NCBI RefSeq assembly: GCF_008033135.1
Contig: NZ_CP041335.1
Span: 1,367,925 to 1,431,924, forward strand
DNA length: 64,000 nucleotides
Direction: 5' to 3'
Source of the DNA: Chitinolyticbacter meiyuanensis
GTDB lineage: Bacteria > Pseudomonadota > Gammaproteobacteria > Burkholderiales > Chitinibacteraceae
Shown here: piece by piece, positions 62,467-64,000 of the stretch
Layout: the number at the start of each line of letters is the position of its first letter
Numbering within the stretch: position 1 is the first letter of the stretch
Position numbers and translations under genes: made by a program
Notes under the pieces: generated by a model
What the model saw: the letters and a program-made list of their open reading frames with translations, nothing else
Told to the model about the DNA's origin: nothing
The model's database searches: none

Positions 62467-62503
62467 ATTGCTGTTGTAACTAGGGTTTTTACTTATCCAC
62501 TGC

Positions 62504-62561
62504 GGCGGTTTTGTAGTTGTCCTGCGCTTGTGCGAAAACGGGGCTACAAAACCGCCGTTTT
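62504..62561 (+). promoter_or_regulatory. long hairpin with alternative pairings downstream of the GntR gene (terminator/attenuator-like)
   Basis: 13-bp perfect inverted repeat GGCGGTTTTGTAG (62504-16) / CTACAAAACCGCC (62544-56), followed by GTTTTGG. An overlapping alternative stem AAAACGG / CCGTTTT is possible. Confidence 0.5.
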
Positions 62562-62922
62562 GGTGCGTGCCGCACCAGGATGGATGGGGTGTGTGGTTAT
62601 TGCGTTGCATCATGTTTTGCTTGCGGTATCGGTATTCACCCGTACGGGCAGTTGTTGTAACCTGCTTCGGCGTCGAATTCCGTCGGACAGTCGGCAGAAC
62701 CGTTGACGCGAAACGCGCGACGGCCGGGCGGTCAAGGGGAGCGCCCGGCTCGCCGGCATATCCGACGTGGTAGATAAAGAGGCGATGCGTGGCCATGCCG
62801 CGCGGGAAGTCGTCCAGATTGCGAGAGTGGTTTTCGACTGTTTGACGGTCGTTGTTGCAGCAGGCCCTGCTGGGCAGGGGCGCAACACGACGTTCACAAA
62901 ACAAGGAAATTCTGGAGTCGAT

Positions 62923-64000
62923 ATGAAATTGAAGCCGTTTCTCGCCATCGCCGCTGCGCTGTTCGCAGCATCCACCGCTCATGCTGCTGACAAGGTGAAG
63001 GTGGAGTATTGGTCCAACAGTCTGTCGCCGAAGTTCGACGCTGTGATGAAGGATCTGACCGCCAAGTTCAACAAGTCGCAGACCGGCATCGAAGCAGTCT
63101 GGGTCGATGTGCCTTGGGATGCCTTCCAGGCACGCGTGGTGTCGTCGGTGGCCGCCGGTAACGTGCCGGGCCTCGTGAACCTGCCGAAGCCCTGGATGGA
63201 CCAGTTTGCCCAACAGAAGATCATCCAGCCGATCACCAAGCAGGTGGGCGGCTTCAAGAATGTCTATACCAACGGCGCCCTGAAGGACGTGACCTACGAA
63301 GGCGAGATCTATGGCCTGCCGTGGTATCAGGTCACTGCCGTGCTGTTCTTCAACAAGGAATTGCTCGCCAAGGCCGGCGTGAAGGAAGCGCCGAAGTCGT
63401 TCGACGAGCTGCTGAAGACTGCACGCGTCGTCAAGGAAAAGACCGGCGTGGCCGGTTTCGCGCCGAAGCTGAACGACGGTTTCGCCGGCTGGTTCCTCTA
63501 TGACGGCCTGCCCGTGGTGCAGAACGGCAAGGCCGTGTTCAACAGCCCGGCTCACGTCAAGCTGGTTGAGGAATTCAAGAAGGCCTACGCCGATGGCGTG
63601 ATCCCGAAGGATGCCTTCAAGATGCAATTCGAAGAGCAGATCGCTGCCTTCGGTAGTGCCAAGGTCGCCATGTTCGGCGAAGGTGCGCACGCACTGAAGC
63701 GCACCCAGACTGATTCGCCCAAGGTGTACGCCCAGACTGGCGTGGCTGGTTTCCCGGAAGGCAAGGGCAATACCCCGTTCGGTGGCTTCCTGTTCCTGTG
63801 GTCGGTGCCCAAGGGCTTCAAGAACGTCGATGCAGCTGTGAAGGTCGGTCAATTCATCTCGAACGATGAGTCACAGCTCGCCTTTGCCAAAGCCTCGGCC
63901 ACCTTCCCGTCGACCAACAAGGCGCTGGACGATGCGTTCTTCCAGGCCGGCGCCAAGTCCAAGGATCCGGTGGAGCAGGCGACTGCCGTAGCCGCTTCGG
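62923..64000 (+). CDS. ABC transporter extracellular solute-binding protein, family 1 (sugar type), 3' end outside window
   Basis: Signal peptide 'MKLKPFLAIAAALFAASTAHA' with a GGAG RBS. The frame stays open to the window end. Sits next to the GlcNAc-kinase-like and GntR genes. Confidence 0.75.
   Translation, partial: MKLKPFLAIAAALFAASTAHAADKVKVEYWSNSLSPKFDAVMKDLTAKFNKSQTGIEAVWVDVPWDAFQARVVSSVAAGNVPGLVNLPKPWMDQFAQQKIIQPITKQVGGFKNVYTNGALKDVTYEGEIYGLPWYQVTAVLFFNKELLAKAGVKEAPKSFDELLKTARVVKEKTGVAGFAPKLNDGFAGWFLYDGLPVVQNGKAVFNSPAHVKLVEEFKKAYADGVIPKDAFKMQFEEQIAAFGSAKVAMFGEGAHALKRTQTDSPKVYAQTGVAGFPEGKGNTPFGGFLFLWSVPKGFKNVDAAVKVGQFISNDESQLAFAKASATFPSTNKALDDAFFQAGAKSKDPVEQATAVAAS

Noticed and set aside
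62416-63852. 478-aa minus-strand ORF
   Set aside because: Antisense to the well-supported solute-binding protein gene (signal peptide plus RBS at 62923); its own upstream end runs through the structured intergenic region.

Overview
High-GC (~65%) chromosomal segment whose gene content and order look betaproteobacterial (Neisseriales/Chromobacterium-like). It is mostly conserved housekeeping, read from the ORF track and from motifs visible by eye. No tRNA or rRNA genes, CRISPR arrays, transposases or integrases were recognised.

Gene content along the window:
- 1-6.9 kb: a Sel1-repeat protein (5' partial), recQ and argS (divergent), and a cysB-like LysR regulator divergent from a TauE/SafE exporter and cysH.
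- 7-9.2 kb: a secreted DUF3300/DUF2950 pair.
- 9.2-11.5 kb: a frameshifted kynureninase (kynU) and srkA/yihE.
- 11.5-16.3 kb: a CHASE-PAS histidine kinase overlapping a REC-GGDEF-EAL response regulator.
- 16.3-18.4 kb: tsaB-rimI-UDG (uracil-DNA glycosylase family 4).
- 18.5-22.4 kb: yejABE-like peptide ABC genes with no ATPase gene.
- 23.3-35.9 kb: the accessory cluster described below.
- 36-44.5 kb: DUF3025, tpx plus a cysteine-less tpx paralog, DUF3426, prmA, accC, accB, aroQ and queA.
- 44.6-46.1 kb: three ORFs inserted between queA and tgt, followed by tgt-yajC-secD-secF.
- 50.8-57.8 kb: dedA, bioC, bioD, an SCO1/SenC protein, a ycgR-like PilZ protein, a zinc alcohol dehydrogenase, an SDR epimerase and an AscD-like ferredoxin reductase.
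- 57.8-60.6 kb: a PmrAB-like two-component pair followed by a decayed eptA remnant.
- 60.8-64 kb: a GlcNAc-kinase-like gene, a GntR regulator and the start of a sugar ABC-binding protein.

The most interesting region is a ~12.5 kb minus-strand cluster (23.3-35.9 kb). It joins a YjfI(DUF2170)/PspA(IM30) pair, a tandem ribbon-helix-helix protein, an NfeD(YqiJ)/flotillin(YqiK) pair and a YdjG-like double zinc-ribbon protein. To these it adds a giant 1753-aa protein carrying a single MoxR-like AAA+ module and a tubby/scramblase-like LURP-one (YxjI) protein. A sigma70 promoter overlapped by two GACAT-N3-ATGTC palindromes sits at the head of the cluster. This looks like an extended, uncharacterised membrane-stress or membrane-remodelling module.
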